Source: Candidatus Nealsonbacteria bacterium
Lineage (GTDB): Bacteria; Patescibacteriota; Minisyncoccia; Minisyncoccales; RBG-13-36-15
DNA: 64,000 nucleotides
Direction: 5' to 3'
NCBI GenBank assembly: GCA_011050465.1
Contig: DRFQ01000010.1
Location: 15,514-79,513 of the forward strand
This document shows, one piece after another, positions 35,668-46,376 of the stretch. A program made the translations under genes and the position numbers. The notes beneath the pieces are model-generated. The model was not told where the DNA came from. It saw nothing but the letters and a program-made list of their open reading frames with translations, and did not search any database. The first letter of the stretch is position 1; each line of letters begins with the position of its first letter.

Positions 35668-37857
35668 GTGAGAAGGAGAAAAGACAAAAAGAAATTTAAG
35701 AAAAACACAGAGAAAAGAAAAAATCATAACCCTCCAATTTTATATAAAAAGACTAAAGCTTGGATTACAGGAATTTTAATGATTTTGGTGGGGGTAATTT
35801 CTTTCTTGAGTTTTTTTAATCAAGCCGGGATAGCTGGAAGGGTATTTTTTGACGGATTTAGCTTTCTGATTGGAAAAAGTATCTTTTTAATCCCACCCCT
35901 TTTCTTGTTGGGTGGGATTTTGTTTTTAAAAAAGAGCCGGCAGAGAATCTATCTACCGATATTGTTGGGAATTTTTATTCTAATATTAGGAACTTCAGGC
36001 ATGATATCGATTTTTCAATTGGTCCAGACAAAGGGGATAGCAGACGGAATTAATCAATTAATCATAAAAGAAGGGGGAATAATGGGTTTTCTAATGGCTT
36101 TGCCGCTAGAAAAAACCTTTGGGGTAGAAGTAACTTTCATTATAAATTTAGCAGTAATCATTATTGGCGGTTTAATCTTGATTCAATTTTTGCTGCCAGA
36201 AAAAGACAAAATAGTCTTCGAAAAAGAACCTTCTTTTTTATCTATTCGGAAAATTTTAACTCCTAAATTTAAGATAAAAGAAATACCTCCCCTGGCTGGG
36301 ACTTCGACCTCTTTTCCGGAAGAAAAAAGAAAGACCCCGGAAATTCTTGTTCAATCTCAAACTCCAGAAAATCTCTTAGCCAAAGATCTGAAAGTTAAAC
36401 CGATCGAAGAAAAGAATAAGATTATTTATCAAAGGCCTCCCCTAGACCTTTTGGAGTCTGACCATGGAAAGCCTAGCCCCGGAGACATTAAATCCAACTC
36501 AGTCGTTATTAAAAAGACTCTTCAAAATTTTGGTATTCAGGTTGAAATGTCAGAAGTCAATATTGGCCCGACCGTAACTCAGTATACTTTTAAACCAGCT
36601 GAAGGAGTGAAACTTTCTCGAATCACGGCCTTAAATAATGATCTATCCTTAGCCTTAGCTTCTCATCCAATCAGAATAGAGGCTCCCATTCCTGGCCGGT
36701 CTTTAGTGGGGATTGAAGTGCCCAACAAAGTAAGGGCTCAGGTTAGGCTGAGACATTTAATTGCTCATCCAAGTTTTCAGAATTCACCCGCCAATCTTCT
36801 TTTGTCCTTAGGCAGAGACGTCGCCGGCAATCCTGTTTTTGCTGATTTGGCTCGGATGCCTCATTTATTAGTCGCTGGTTCTACGGGTACGGGCAAGACC
36901 ATTTGTCTTAATAATTTAATTTCGAGTCTTTTATATCGTAATCCTCCAGAAACCTTAAGATTTATTTTAGTTGATCCAAAAAGAGTAGAGTTTCCTGTCT
37001 ATAATCAACTTCCTCATCTTTTAACTCCGGTAATTTTTAATGTCAATCAAACTATTAATGCTTTAAAGTGGTTGACTAGTGAAATGGAGAGGAGGTTTGA
37101 TGTTTTATCTGAGGCTAGAACTCGAGATATTGCTGTCTATAATGAAATGATGGGACGGGAAGGTCAGACTATGCCTTATATTGTTTTAATTATTGATGAA
37201 TTGGCTGACTTGATGGCGGCTCGTGGTCGAGACATTGAGGCAGGAGTTGTCAGAATAGCCCAAATGGCCAGAGCAGTAGGTATTCATTTGATAGTTGCAA
37301 CCCAGCGGCCATCAGTTGAAGTAATTACCGGGCTGATTAAAGCAAATATTACTTCTCGGATTACTTTTCAGGTAGCTTCTCAAGTTGATTCGAGAACAAT
37401 TCTAGATATGGCCGGAGCCGAAAAGTTATTGGGAGCAGGAGATATGCTTTATATTTCTTCCGATGTTTCTAAACCAAAAAGAATTCAGGCAGCTTATATC
37501 TCAGAAAAAGAAGTCAAAAGAGTGACTAATTGGATCAAGAAAGCAGAGAAACCAAAAGGAGAAATAGTAGAAGATCTAAGCGAAAGCCTGGAAAAGACAT
37601 TAACCTTACCAGGGGAAACAACAGAGACCTTTTCTGAGGAAGGAGAAGACCCTCTCTTTGAAGAAGCAAAAAAAGTAGTTATTGAAGCCAAAAAGGCGTC
37701 AGCTTCCCTGCTACAACGAAGATTAAGGGTAGGATATGCTCGGGCAGCCAGATTAATTGATATGATGGAGGAAAAAGGGATTGTTGGCCCGGGAGAAGGG
37801 GCAAAGCCAAGAGAGGTTTACATTGAGACCGAAGAGGAAGAGCGTTCGGAAATGTGA
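35668..37857 (+). CDS. ftsK: DNA translocase FtsK/SpoIIIE
   Basis: 729 aa. N-terminal TM helices, GSTGTGKT Walker A, IDELADLM Walker B, C-terminal gamma-like winged helix (LLQRRLRVGYARAARLIDMMEEKGIV). GTG start. Confidence 0.9.
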   Translation: MRRRKDKKKFKKNTEKRKNHNPPILYKKTKAWITGILMILVGVISFLSFFNQAGIAGRVFFDGFSFLIGKSIFLIPPLFLLGGILFLKKSRQRIYLPILLGIFILILGTSGMISIFQLVQTKGIADGINQLIIKEGGIMGFLMALPLEKTFGVEVTFIINLAVIIIGGLILIQFLLPEKDKIVFEKEPSFLSIRKILTPKFKIKEIPPLAGTSTSFPEEKRKTPEILVQSQTPENLLAKDLKVKPIEEKNKIIYQRPPLDLLESDHGKPSPGDIKSNSVVIKKTLQNFGIQVEMSEVNIGPTVTQYTFKPAEGVKLSRITALNNDLSLALASHPIRIEAPIPGRSLVGIEVPNKVRAQVRLRHLIAHPSFQNSPANLLLSLGRDVAGNPVFADLARMPHLLVAGSTGTGKTICLNNLISSLLYRNPPETLRFILVDPKRVEFPVYNQLPHLLTPVIFNVNQTINALKWLTSEMERRFDVLSEARTRDIAVYNEMMGREGQTMPYIVLIIDELADLMAARGRDIEAGVVRIAQMARAVGIHLIVATQRPSVEVITGLIKANITSRITFQVASQVDSRTILDMAGAEKLLGAGDMLYISSDVSKPKRIQAAYISEKEVKRVTNWIKKAEKPKGEIVEDLSESLEKTLTLPGETTETFSEEGEDPLFEEAKKVVIEAKKASASLLQRRLRVGYARAARLIDMMEEKGIVGPGEGAKPREVYIETEEEERSEM

Positions 37858-38256
37858 CCTTGTATGTTCGTATCTATTTATAATCAACCCTGCGGGAGAC
37901 TTGTTCGGGTAGAGCCCCATCAAAGAGACACAATAATTTTCCCCAGCGAGGAAAATTTTGTTCATCTCTCGGCCTCGCTCTTTCGCTTCGCCAGATACAG
38001 CACTGTATCTGGCTTCGTTCGAACCATGCCCGCTCGGCCTCCGAGGTGCTCTTTGAGGGGCTTACCCTTACTCCAGAATGATTAGGGGGAAAAGGAAAGA
38101 CTCCCCGAAGCTAGAGAGCCTTGAATGCGAGGAGCAAGCGAGTGCCTCAGTGGCAAAAGCAATAGCTTTTATTGTCGAATGGGTGGCAGAAACGGTAATT
38201 CACTTAATAACAAAACCTCATTGACTATTATTTCAAAATGTTTATCATAAAATAAA

Positions 38257-39273
38257 ATGGCAAAACAAAAAAAAGAACAAAAAATTGAAAAGGATAAGAT
38301 TCAGGAGGCAATTGAGGAAATCAAACAACGCTTTGGTGAAGGGGCAATTATGACATTGAAAGAAGTAAGAGCAGTTGATGTGGACGTTATTCCAACAGGC
38401 TCCATTTCTTTAGATTTAGCTTTGGGGGTAGGAGGCGTTCCTCGGGGAAGAGTAATTGAAATTTTTGGACCCGAAATGTCTGGCAAAACTACATTATCCC
38501 TTCACATTTTGACCGAAACTCAAAAAAAAGGAGGAGTAGGGGCTTTTATTGATGCAGAGCACGCTTTGGATCCTGACTATGCCAAGAGAATTGGAGTGAA
38601 TGTTGATGACCTTTTAATTTCTCAGCCAGACTCTGGCGAACAAGCCTTGCAAATTGTGGAGACCCTGGTTAGGTCAAATCAGGTTGACACGATTGTTATT
38701 GATTCGGTTGCCGCTCTTACTCCTAAAACTGAAATTGCGGGCGAAATGGGGGAATTTCAAATTGGACTTCAGGCAAGATTAATGAGTCAGGCTTTGAGAA
38801 AGTTATCTGGTATTGTTGCAAAGGCAAAAACAGTAGTGATATTTTTGAACCAGACCCGAATGAAAATTGGAGTTCGTTTCGGGAATCCTGAGACTACCTC
38901 CGGAGGGTTGGCTCTTAAATTTTACGCTTCAGTTAGGCTTGATTTAAGAAGAATAGCCCAGATTAAACACGGAGATGAAATTATCGGATCGCGTATTAAG
39001 GCAAAAGTAGTTAAAAACAAAGTGGCTGCGCCCTTTAGGGTTGCTGAATTCGATATTTATTATAATGAAGGAATTTCTTATTTTGGCGATATTGTACAGA
39101 GTGGTTTAAACCAAGAGCTGATCAAAAGATCCGGAAGTTGGTTTCAGTATGAAAATACAAGACTTGGCCAGGGGATGGAGGGAGCAAAGAAATACTTAAA
39201 AGAAAACCCTGAATTGGCCGAGAAAATAAGAAAAGCAATATCAGAAAAAGCTCAGAGGAACTCTGGCTTATAA
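38257..39273 (+). CDS. recA: Recombinase RecA
   Basis: 338 aa. [11 protein letters not shown]alker [32 protein letters not shown]. Confidence 0.97.
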   Translation: MAKQKKEQKIEKDKIQEAIEEIKQRFGEGAIMTLKEVRAVDVDVIPTGSISLDLALGVGGVPRGRVIEIFGPEMSGKTTLSLHILTETQKKGGVGAFIDAEHALDPDYAKRIGVNVDDLLISQPDSGEQALQIVETLVRSNQVDTIVIDSVAALTPKTEIAGEMGEFQIGLQARLMSQALRKLSGIVAKAKTVVIFLNQTRMKIGVRFGNPETTSGGLALKFYASVRLDLRRIAQIKHGDEIIGSRIKAKVVKNKVAAPFRVAEFDIYYNEGISYFGDIVQSGLNQELIKRSGSWFQYENTRLGQGMEGAKKYLKENPELAEKIRKAISEKAQRNSGL

Positions 39274-39286
39274 TCCAACAGGATAA

Positions 39287-39318
39287 TAAAAACGGCCAAT
39301 GATCTTTTGGCCGTTTTT
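39287..39318. terminator. Bidirectional terminator between recA (+) and rpsR (-)
   Basis: aaaaacggccaa-tgatctt-ttggccgttttt. Confidence 0.75.
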
Positions 39319-39362
39319 AGTTTGTGGGTTTAGAGAATAATTTTGATATATAGATAGTAAGA

Positions 39363-39566
39363 CTATTTTGTGGTATATGGAAGCAACCCAAAATGGCGTG
39401 CTCTTTTTATGGCTTTTGCGAGCTTCCTTTGATGCAAGGAACAAACTCTGGTCCTTTTTTTGGCTCTGATTTTGGCCAGACCGGAGGTAAATTTCCCCAA
39501 AGTTCTAATATCTTTAAAGTCAATTTCTTGAAAGTTGTGTTTACAAAAATAACAGTTACCGTCCAT
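39363..39566 (-). CDS. rpsR: 30S ribosomal protein S18
   Basis: 67 aa. CYFC...IDFKDIRTLGKF...RKLAKAIKRARHFGLLPY. Part of a conserved rpsF-ssb-rpsR arrangement. Confidence 0.85.
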   Translation of the reverse strand: MDGNCYFCKHNFQEIDFKDIRTLGKFTSGLAKIRAKKRTRVCSLHQRKLAKAIKRARHFGLLPYTTK

Positions 39567-39642
39567 TGCTAAATTGCTAAATTGCTACATTGCTACATTG
39601 AAAAATCAGTTTGACAATTCAACAATGTAGCAGTGCAACAAT
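39567..39642. repeat. 8-bp tandem array (tgctaaat x2, tgctacat x2) plus CAATGTAGCA words immediately 5' of the rpsR start
   Basis: The gene-sense strand reads caATGTAGcaATGTAGcaatttagcaatttagcaATGgac. Confidence 0.85.
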
Positions 39643-40193
<551 letters not shown>

Positions 40194-40616
40194 TTATTCA
40201 CCCAATATTTCTTCTAATTTCTTCTCAATTTCTTTTAAATCAACTTTTTTTGGAGGCGGTTTAACGTCTTTTGCCTTGGAAATTATAGATAAAGGCCCGT
40301 AGATTTTGGTTTTCTCTGGTATTTTTTTGGCCAGAATAACGTAACGAAGGATTTGGCTTTCAGAAGTAAGTTTTACTTTTAGTTTTTCTATCTTCTGAGG
40401 ATCAAAATAGAAACTTAAAACATTTAAATAAGCTTGACTCTCTTTTTTTATTGGTGAAGCTAATTTCTTTTTGACTATTTTTGCTTGAGCTAAAGAGTTT
40501 TCAACTAAAGTTCCTTCGTTTTCTTTGATAAAGGAGAATATTTTTTCTGAAAAATTTTTAAGCTCTTCTTCGTTTAAATTTGAAGAAAGAAAATAAGTAA
40601 GTTCGTATAATTTCAT
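40194..40616 (-). CDS. rpsF: 30S ribosomal protein S6 (with C-terminal extension)
   Basis: 140 aa. MKLYELTYFL start and position upstream of ssb-rpsR. Sequence similarity judged by eye only. Confidence 0.6.
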   Translation of the reverse strand: MKLYELTYFLSSNLNEEELKNFSEKIFSFIKENEGTLVENSLAQAKIVKKKLASPIKKESQAYLNVLSFYFDPQKIEKLKVKLTSESQILRYVILAKKIPEKTKIYGPLSIISKAKDVKPPPKKVDLKEIEKKLEEILGE

Positions 40617-40711
40617 ACCATTGATTAATCACTAATTTTTTCACTGATATTCGCTAATGATTTGATTTATCGGTGATAATTAGTGATTTTAATTCGTGAT
40701 TCTATTAGTGG
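40617..40711 (-). repeat. Intergenic TTAGTG/TTCGTG module (ychF stop to rpsF ATG)
   Basis: Gene-sense strand: tataaccactaatagaatcacgaattaaaatcactaatt...attagcgaatatcagtgaaaaaattagtgattaatcaatggtATG. Confidence 0.7.
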
Positions 40712-41755
40712 TTATATTTTGAATTCTATTACATCTTTGTCTTGAACAAGATAATCTTTTCCGGCCGTTTTTATTTGTCCCAATTCTTTGGCTTTTTGCC
40801 ATGACTTTATTTTGAACAGCACTTTCCATTCAGCAACTTCGGCTCGGATAAATTTCTTGGCAAAATCAGAATGAACAAGTTCTGCCGCTTTCAAAACCGT
40901 ATCTCCCTTTTTCAGCGTCCAAGCTCGAACTTCTTTTCCGCCAGCTACCGTGTAGAAAGTAATTAACTCAAGGGTATTGTAACAGGTAAGGATTAACTGG
41001 TCAACTCCGGATTTCAGCTCTAATTCTTTGGCTTCTGATTCTGATAATTCAGAAATTTCTTCCTCGGTTTTTAAATCAATCGCTAAGTGAGGTAATAAAT
41101 TTTGAATGCTTTTTTCTTTATAATTTTCGTCAATATTTAAGATATAGACAATTGGTTTTAAGGTTAGAAACTGGAATTCTCCGATTTCTTTTTTCTCTTC
41201 TTTTGACAGGGAAAGAGTTGAAATTAATTTTCCTTGAGAAAGGGGTTGCTGGATTCTCCGGAATAGTTCCCCTCTTTTTAAAATTTTTTTGTCCCCAAAT
41301 TTAAGGTCTTTTTCTATCTTTTTTAATAAGTTTTCTACAGTTTCTAAATCTTTCATTAGAAGTTCAGTCCCGATTGTTTCTATGTCTTCTTGAGGATTAA
41401 TTTCTCCTTCAACATGCTCAACTTCTTCTCCTTTAAAATCTCTGACCACTTCTAGAATTAAGTCGCAGTTTCTGATATGTGAAAGGAATTGATTACCCAA
41501 CCCCTCTCCCTTATGAGCCCCCCTGACTAAACCCGCAATATCAATAAAGTCAATAATGGTAGGAGTAATTTTTTCTGGTTTTATTACTTCGGCAATTTTT
41601 TTTAATCTTTCATCGGGAACAGCCACTACTCCCACATTAGGATCTATGGTGGTGAAAGGGTAAGAGGCAATATCAACCTGTTTTTTAGTTAAGGCCTTAA
41701 ATAGAGTTGACTTGCCAACATTTGGTAATCCAACAATACCTACTGAAAAACTCAT
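40712..41755 (-). CDS. ychF: Ribosome-binding ATPase YchF
   Basis: 347 aa. GIVGLPNVGKSTLFKALT (G1 motif), C-terminal TGS-like domain. Confidence 0.9.
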   Translation of the reverse strand: MSFSVGIVGLPNVGKSTLFKALTKKQVDIASYPFTTIDPNVGVVAVPDERLKKIAEVIKPEKITPTIIDFIDIAGLVRGAHKGEGLGNQFLSHIRNCDLILEVVRDFKGEEVEHVEGEINPQEDIETIGTELLMKDLETVENLLKKIEKDLKFGDKKILKRGELFRRIQQPLSQGKLISTLSLSKEEKKEIGEFQFLTLKPIVYILNIDENYKEKSIQNLLPHLAIDLKTEEEISELSESEAKELELKSGVDQLILTCYNTLELITFYTVAGGKEVRAWTLKKGDTVLKAAELVHSDFAKKFIRAEVAEWKVLFKIKSWQKAKELGQIKTAGKDYLVQDKDVIEFKI

Positions 41756-41830
41756 ACAGTTATGTTACCCCGTTAGAAGTTCTCTGTCATTTTTTTTGAT
41801 GATTTTATCCTCGCAAAACTTCTGACGGGG

Positions 41831-41839
41831 TGTTATAAT
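41831..41839 (+). promoter_or_regulatory. Extended -10 element (TGtTATAAT) 9 nt upstream of the phosphomutase ATG
   Basis: Exact TGnTATAAT, directly abutting the hairpin at 41768-41830. Confidence 0.5.
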
Positions 41840-41848
41840 AAAAAAAAC

Positions 41849-43279
41849 ATGAAAATTAATCCTTATATATTTCGTGGATATGATCTGCGGGGTATAGTTA
41901 ATAAAGATTTAAATTCGGAAATCGTTGAACACATCGGAAAAGCGTATGGCGCTTTCTTGCAGCGGCGCGGTATTAAAAAAGGAGTGATAAGTTATGATTC
42001 AAGAGCCACAAGTCCTCAATATAGCGAAGCCATCATTAAGGGTTTAAATTGGGCTGGTATTGATATAGTCGATATAGGCATGAATCTTATCGGGACTTTT
42101 TATTGGTCACAATACTATTTAGATTGCAAAGGCGGGGTTTACGTTACTGCTTCGCACAATCCGGCTGAATATAATGGTTTTAAATTAGCTATTGATTTTT
42201 CTGAAACTTTGGTTAGTGAGAGTATTCAAGAGTTAAGACGAATAGTTGAGAATGAAGATTACAAGCAAGCTGATACACCGGGTAAAGCCGAAAAACAGGA
42301 TATTCGCCAGGCATATTTTGCTGACTTACTAAAAAGATTACCCATTAGTAAAGAATTTAAAGTTATTGTTGACCCAAGCTGTTCAACGGCCGGGGTAATT
42401 GCCCCAGATTTACTGAGACGAACAGGATGCAAGGTAGTAGAAAGTAATTGCGAACTAGATTCCTCTTTCCCTTTAGGCGCGCCAGATCCAACTGGACTTA
42501 CTGTTGCCCAACGCTTGAGAGAACGAGTGTTGCAGGAAAAAGGAGATATCGGTTTTTCATATGATGCTGATGGTGATCGAATTGGAATAGTTGACGACAA
42601 AGGAAATATTATCTGGAATGATGTGCTGGTGGCACTTTTTGCGATTGATGTTTTGAATGATTACCCTGGAGCAACGATAATGTATAATACGCTTTGTTCA
42701 AAAGTTGTTGAGGAGACAATTTTAAATCATGGCGGCAAGCCCTTTATGTGGCGGACTGGCCATTCATTTTTAAAGAAAAAAAATCAAGAAATTAAGGCAG
42801 CATTTATTGGAGAACTTTCAGGACACTTCTTCTTTTCCGCTGATTTTTATAATCATGATGATGGACTTTATTCAACTTTGCGTTTGCTAAAATATCTGGC
42901 AAAAACTAATCAGTCGCTCTCGAATGCCATTGATTCACTTCCTAAATATATATCGAGTCCAGAAATAAAAATATATTGCGCCGATGAAAAGAAGGTCGCG
43001 CTGATGGAAAAAATTAGCCTGGTGCTTAAAAAAGATTTTCCAGAGGCTAAAGTTATTGATGATGAACGAGCCGGCGATGGAATCAGGCTTGATTTCACCA
43101 ATGAAATGTTTGTCATTCGTTATTCCCAAAATGCCCCCTATCTTACAGTCAAATTTGAAGCAAAAACAGGAAATCGATATAATTATCTGAAAAACTATAT
43201 TAACAAATTACTCCATAGTTACGAGGAAATAAACTGGAATTCAAAAATAAATTTAAACCTCAAGGCGCTTGAAGAATAA
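41849..43279 (+). CDS. Phosphomannomutase/phosphoglucomutase (alpha-D-phosphohexomutase family)
   Basis: 476 aa. TASHNPAEYNGFK (active-site Ser), YDADGDRIGIV (Mg-binding loop), GELSGH. Confidence 0.85.
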   Translation: MKINPYIFRGYDLRGIVNKDLNSEIVEHIGKAYGAFLQRRGIKKGVISYDSRATSPQYSEAIIKGLNWAGIDIVDIGMNLIGTFYWSQYYLDCKGGVYVTASHNPAEYNGFKLAIDFSETLVSESIQELRRIVENEDYKQADTPGKAEKQDIRQAYFADLLKRLPISKEFKVIVDPSCSTAGVIAPDLLRRTGCKVVESNCELDSSFPLGAPDPTGLTVAQRLRERVLQEKGDIGFSYDADGDRIGIVDDKGNIIWNDVLVALFAIDVLNDYPGATIMYNTLCSKVVEETILNHGGKPFMWRTGHSFLKKKNQEIKAAFIGELSGHFFFSADFYNHDDGLYSTLRLLKYLAKTNQSLSNAIDSLPKYISSPEIKIYCADEKKVALMEKISLVLKKDFPEAKVIDDERAGDGIRLDFTNEMFVIRYSQNAPYLTVKFEAKTGNRYNYLKNYINKLLHSYEEINWNSKINLNLKALEE

Positions 43280-43294
43280 AGTTTCAAAATAGGT

Positions 43295-44272
43295 TCAAAC
43301 AAAGCCCATTTTTTTTCTGACATTTTCCATAGTAGAGACAGCTAAAGCTTGGGCTTTTTTTGATCCTTGGTTAAGGACTTCTTTTACATAGACTTCTCTA
43401 GAGAGAAGCTCTTGCCTTTTTCTTCTAAAAGGCTCTAAAGAATTCACTAATAATCTTATCAAAGATTTTTTGAGTTCTGCATAGCCTTTATTTTTGAAAT
43501 CTTTTTCTAATTGTTTAATCGGTTTTTCACTAAAAAGATGATAAACAGTTAGGAGATTAGAAATGCCTGGTTTTTTGATGGGGTCATATTTTATAACTTT
43601 TCCGGGATCAGTAACTGCTGCCATCACCTTCTTTTTAATTCCATCAGGTGTGTTGAATAGTCCGATGCATCCCCGAGGATCGTCGGTTTTGGACATTTTT
43701 TTCTTGGGGTTTTGCAAAGACATAATTTTTTCTCCAATTTTTGGCAATAGCGATTCAGGTTCTTTGAAAACTTTCCCAAATTTATTATTGAAACGACGGG
43801 CAATTTCTCGGGTTAGTTCAACGTGTTGTTTTTGATCTTTACCAACCGGAACTAAATCTGTTTGATAAAGAAGAATATCAGCTGCCATTAAGAGGGGATA
43901 GTTTAAGAGACCAGCATTAATATATTCTGGGTGTTTTTTTGCCTTTTCTTTAAATTGGGTTATTCTATTTAATTCTCCCAAAGGTGTAATTGTTCCCAAC
44001 AGCCAAGCTAACTCGGTATGTTCTTTTATTTCCGACTGAACGAACAATATACATTTTTCTGGATTGAGACCCGCAGCTAAATAAACAATAGCTAAATCTT
44101 GAATGTTTTTTTGCAATTCTCCGGGCTTATAGGGCGTAGTCATAGCATGCAGATCAACAATACAAAAAACACACTCTGCTTTTTCCTGGAGTCCAATCCA
44201 TTGTTTTATTGCTCCTAAATAATTTCCGATATGAAGTTCGCCGGTTGGCCTAATGCCACTAAATACCCGCAT
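43295..44272 (-). CDS. trpS: Tryptophanyl-tRNA synthetase
   Basis: 325 aa. GIRPTGELHIGNYLG (HIGH), KMSKTD (KMSKS), GKDQKQH. Confidence 0.9.
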   Translation of the reverse strand: MRVFSGIRPTGELHIGNYLGAIKQWIGLQEKAECVFCIVDLHAMTTPYKPGELQKNIQDLAIVYLAAGLNPEKCILFVQSEIKEHTELAWLLGTITPLGELNRITQFKEKAKKHPEYINAGLLNYPLLMAADILLYQTDLVPVGKDQKQHVELTREIARRFNNKFGKVFKEPESLLPKIGEKIMSLQNPKKKMSKTDDPRGCIGLFNTPDGIKKKVMAAVTDPGKVIKYDPIKKPGISNLLTVYHLFSEKPIKQLEKDFKNKGYAELKKSLIRLLVNSLEPFRRKRQELLSREVYVKEVLNQGSKKAQALAVSTMENVRKKMGFV

Positions 44273-44396
44273 GTTTTTTCGCCCTCTCGGGCTCAGTCAA
44301 AATTGAATATTAAAGATAAAAAACAAATATGTAAAAACTGAAGAATTTTTACGTTTTGTTTGTTTTTATTTTTGGTTTTTTATTTTAGCAAAGCGT

Positions 44397-46079
44397 TTAT
44401 ACCTCTATAACAACGGGAAGAATCATGGGGCGTCTTTGTGTTTTTGTGTATAAGAATTGCCCGATTTTATTTCTGATTTCATCTTTTACATAAACCCAAT
44501 TAACAGCCTTTCCAGATCCAGCCGTTTGATTGACAATAGCAATAACCTTTTTGCGCGTAGCAGCTAACAATTCTTTTGACTCTCTTAAATAAACAAAACC
44601 TCTTGAGATTATGTCTGGGGAACCTCGAACTTGGCCAGTTTGTCTATCAATTACAGCGACGATAACAAACATTCCATCTGTAGCTAGTGTTTGGCGGTCT
44701 CTAAGAACTACCTCTCCAACGTCTCCGACACCCAAACCATCAACCATAATATAATTTGAGGGGACAGTCTTTTTTGTGATAAAAGCCATTTGCTGATTTA
44801 AGTTAATAATCTGGCCATTTTCAGCTAGAATGATATTTCTTTCTGGAATTCCTTGAGATTTAGCTAGATTAGCGTTAGCAATCAACATAGATAACTGTCC
44901 ATGAACTGGAAAAAAGAACCTTGGATTCATAATCCTGATCATTTGCTTTAATTCTTCTTGCTGGGCGTGACCGCCGGCATGGATATCCATCATTTGGTAA
45001 TGAAAGACTTCGGCTTTTTGACGATAAAGTCCATCTTTTAAGATTTGGACCGTTCTCTCGTTTCCGGGAATAACCGACGAAGAAAAGATAACAGAATCTC
45101 CTTTTTTCAGGCGCAAGATGGGATGTTCTTTGTTGGCAATTCTCATCAAAACTGCCTGTCCTTCGCCCTGGGCTCCGGTGCAGATAATGGTTATTTTGGA
45201 ATCAGGCCATTTTATTAAATCTTTAGTCTTCATTAAAGTTCCTTTTTTTGCTTTAAAATAACCTAAGTTTCGGGAGATCTCAATATTTGTTTTCATTGAA
45301 TAACCCTCGACCGCTACTTTTCTTCCGTATTTTTCAGACAAAGACACTATTTGCTGGATTCTATTAATAAGAGAGGCAAAAGTAGCAGCAATGATTCTGC
45401 CTTTTGCTTCTTTAAATATTTCATCTAAATTTTTTAAAATTAGACTTTCAGAAAGAGAATGACCTTTTTCCTCGGCCCCCGTTGAATCAGACATTAGAAG
45501 CAAGATTTTTCGAGAACTCAATCTATGTAATTTTCTAAAATCGGTCGGCAAGTCATTAACTGGGGTAGAGTCAAATTTAAAATCAGAGGTATGCAAAAGA
45601 TTTCCAATAGGGGTTTGGATAAAAAGACCCAAGTTGTCGGGAATATTATGATTTTGGCGGAAAAATTCCACCCCAAAAGGGCCAAGTTTTATTCTTGAGC
45701 CGTTTTTGACAGTTTGGATTTCCAGCTTTTTTCGAATCGGGAAATCTTGTTGTCTTTTCAAGATAATTCCTCGTGCCAAAGGAGAGGCGAAAAGAGGCGG
45801 ATAACCCAACTTTTCTATTAAATAAGGAACCGCCCCGATATGATCGTAGTGACCATGGGTGAACACTACCCCTAAAATATTTTTTTCTTTTCCTTTCAAA
45901 TAAGAGATATTCGGTATAATATAATCGACTCCTGGCATATCTTCTTCTGGCATTCGAAAACCCATATCAATAATTAAAATCTTTCCTTGCCATTCCAGAA
46001 CTATCATATTCCGGCCAACCTCGCTTAATCCTCCCAGGGGGATTATTATAAGATTTGATTGTTTAAATGTTTTTTTCAT
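44397..46079 (-). CDS. rnj: Ribonuclease J (beta-CASP metallo-beta-lactamase)
   Basis: Start re-set to ATG 46079 (MKKTFKQSNLIIIPLGGLSEVGRNM...). FTHGHYDHIG motif. The first 82 codons of the track ORF run through a repeat element and tRNA-Leu. Confidence 0.85.
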   Translation of the reverse strand: MKKTFKQSNLIIIPLGGLSEVGRNMIVLEWQGKILIIDMGFRMPEEDMPGVDYIIPNISYLKGKEKNILGVVFTHGHYDHIGAVPYLIEKLGYPPLFASPLARGIILKRQQDFPIRKKLEIQTVKNGSRIKLGPFGVEFFRQNHNIPDNLGLFIQTPIGNLLHTSDFKFDSTPVNDLPTDFRKLHRLSSRKILLLMSDSTGAEEKGHSLSESLILKNLDEIFKEAKGRIIAATFASLINRIQQIVSLSEKYGRKVAVEGYSMKTNIEISRNLGYFKAKKGTLMKTKDLIKWPDSKITIICTGAQGEGQAVLMRIANKEHPILRLKKGDSVIFSSSVIPGNERTVQILKDGLYRQKAEVFHYQMMDIHAGGHAQQEELKQMIRIMNPRFFFPVHGQLSMLIANANLAKSQGIPERNIILAENGQIINLNQQMAFITKKTVPSNYIMVDGLGVGDVGEVVLRDRQTLATDGMFVIVAVIDRQTGQVRGSPDIISRGFVYLRESKELLAATRKKVIAIVNQTAGSGKAVNWVYVKDEIRNKIGQFLYTKTQRRPMILPVVIEV

Positions 46080-46103
46080 AGTTAAAATGATACTGATAAG
46101 AAT

Positions 46104-46224
46104 CCGGCACTGAAGCGAAGCCCAGAACCAGAGCAGAACTCGGTTTTGGGCTGTCCCGAACTTCGTTCTGGTTCGGGGCTCGGTGCTGGATTGGTCCTGC
46201 ACCGAACGAAGTTTTGGTGCGGGA
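46104..46224. repeat. GC-rich bipartite hairpin element(s), intergenic copy
   Basis: cccagaaccagagcagaactcggttttggg...cccgaacttcgttctggttcgggg...cctgcaccgaacgaagttttggtgcggg. Same family as 50235-50318, 56285-56368 and 58963-59027. Confidence 0.8.
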
Positions 46225-46249
46225 GATTTGCACTCTTTTATTTCTATTA

Positions 46250-46331
46250 TGGGCAGGGAGGGGGTCGAACCCTCAAGCCTTTCGGCATACGACCCTGAAC
46301 CGTACGTGTTTACCAGTTTCACCACCTGCCC
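46250..46331 (-). tRNA. tRNA-Leu (anticodon CAG), long variable arm
   Basis: Reverse complement: acceptor GGGCAGG/CCTGCCC, anticodon arm TACGG-TTCAGGG-TCGTA, T arm GAGGGTTCGACCCCCTC. Confidence 0.8.
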
Positions 46332-46376
46332 CTACAAAATAGGTTTATTTATTCCGCCATGCCCGTCTATTTCAGA

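Noticed and set aside
37864-38085. 73-aa ORF in the ftsK-recA gap (and the antisense ORF 37753..37965)
   Set aside because: It lies in hairpin-rich GC-rich DNA, its translation is Arg/Ser/Pro-rich and repeat-like, and there are no start context signals. It is treated as non-coding structure instead.
37900-38215. Possible RNase P RNA (gaggaaaa, ggagcaag and gcagaaacggtaattc resemble the CR-I, P15 and CR-V words)
   Set aside because: The near-universal GAGGAAAGUCC core is not intact. I could not build the P4 pairing or a P1 stem by hand. The resemblance is probably chance; cmscan would settle it.
46080-46325. N-terminal 82 codons of the track ORF 44397..46325 (MVKLVNTYGSGSYAERLEGSTPSLP...)
   Set aside because: This stretch is the antisense translation of tRNA-Leu (46250-46331) and of the GC-rich repeat at 46104-46224. 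The RNase J-like sequence begins at ATG 46079 (MKKTFKQSNLIIIPLGG).
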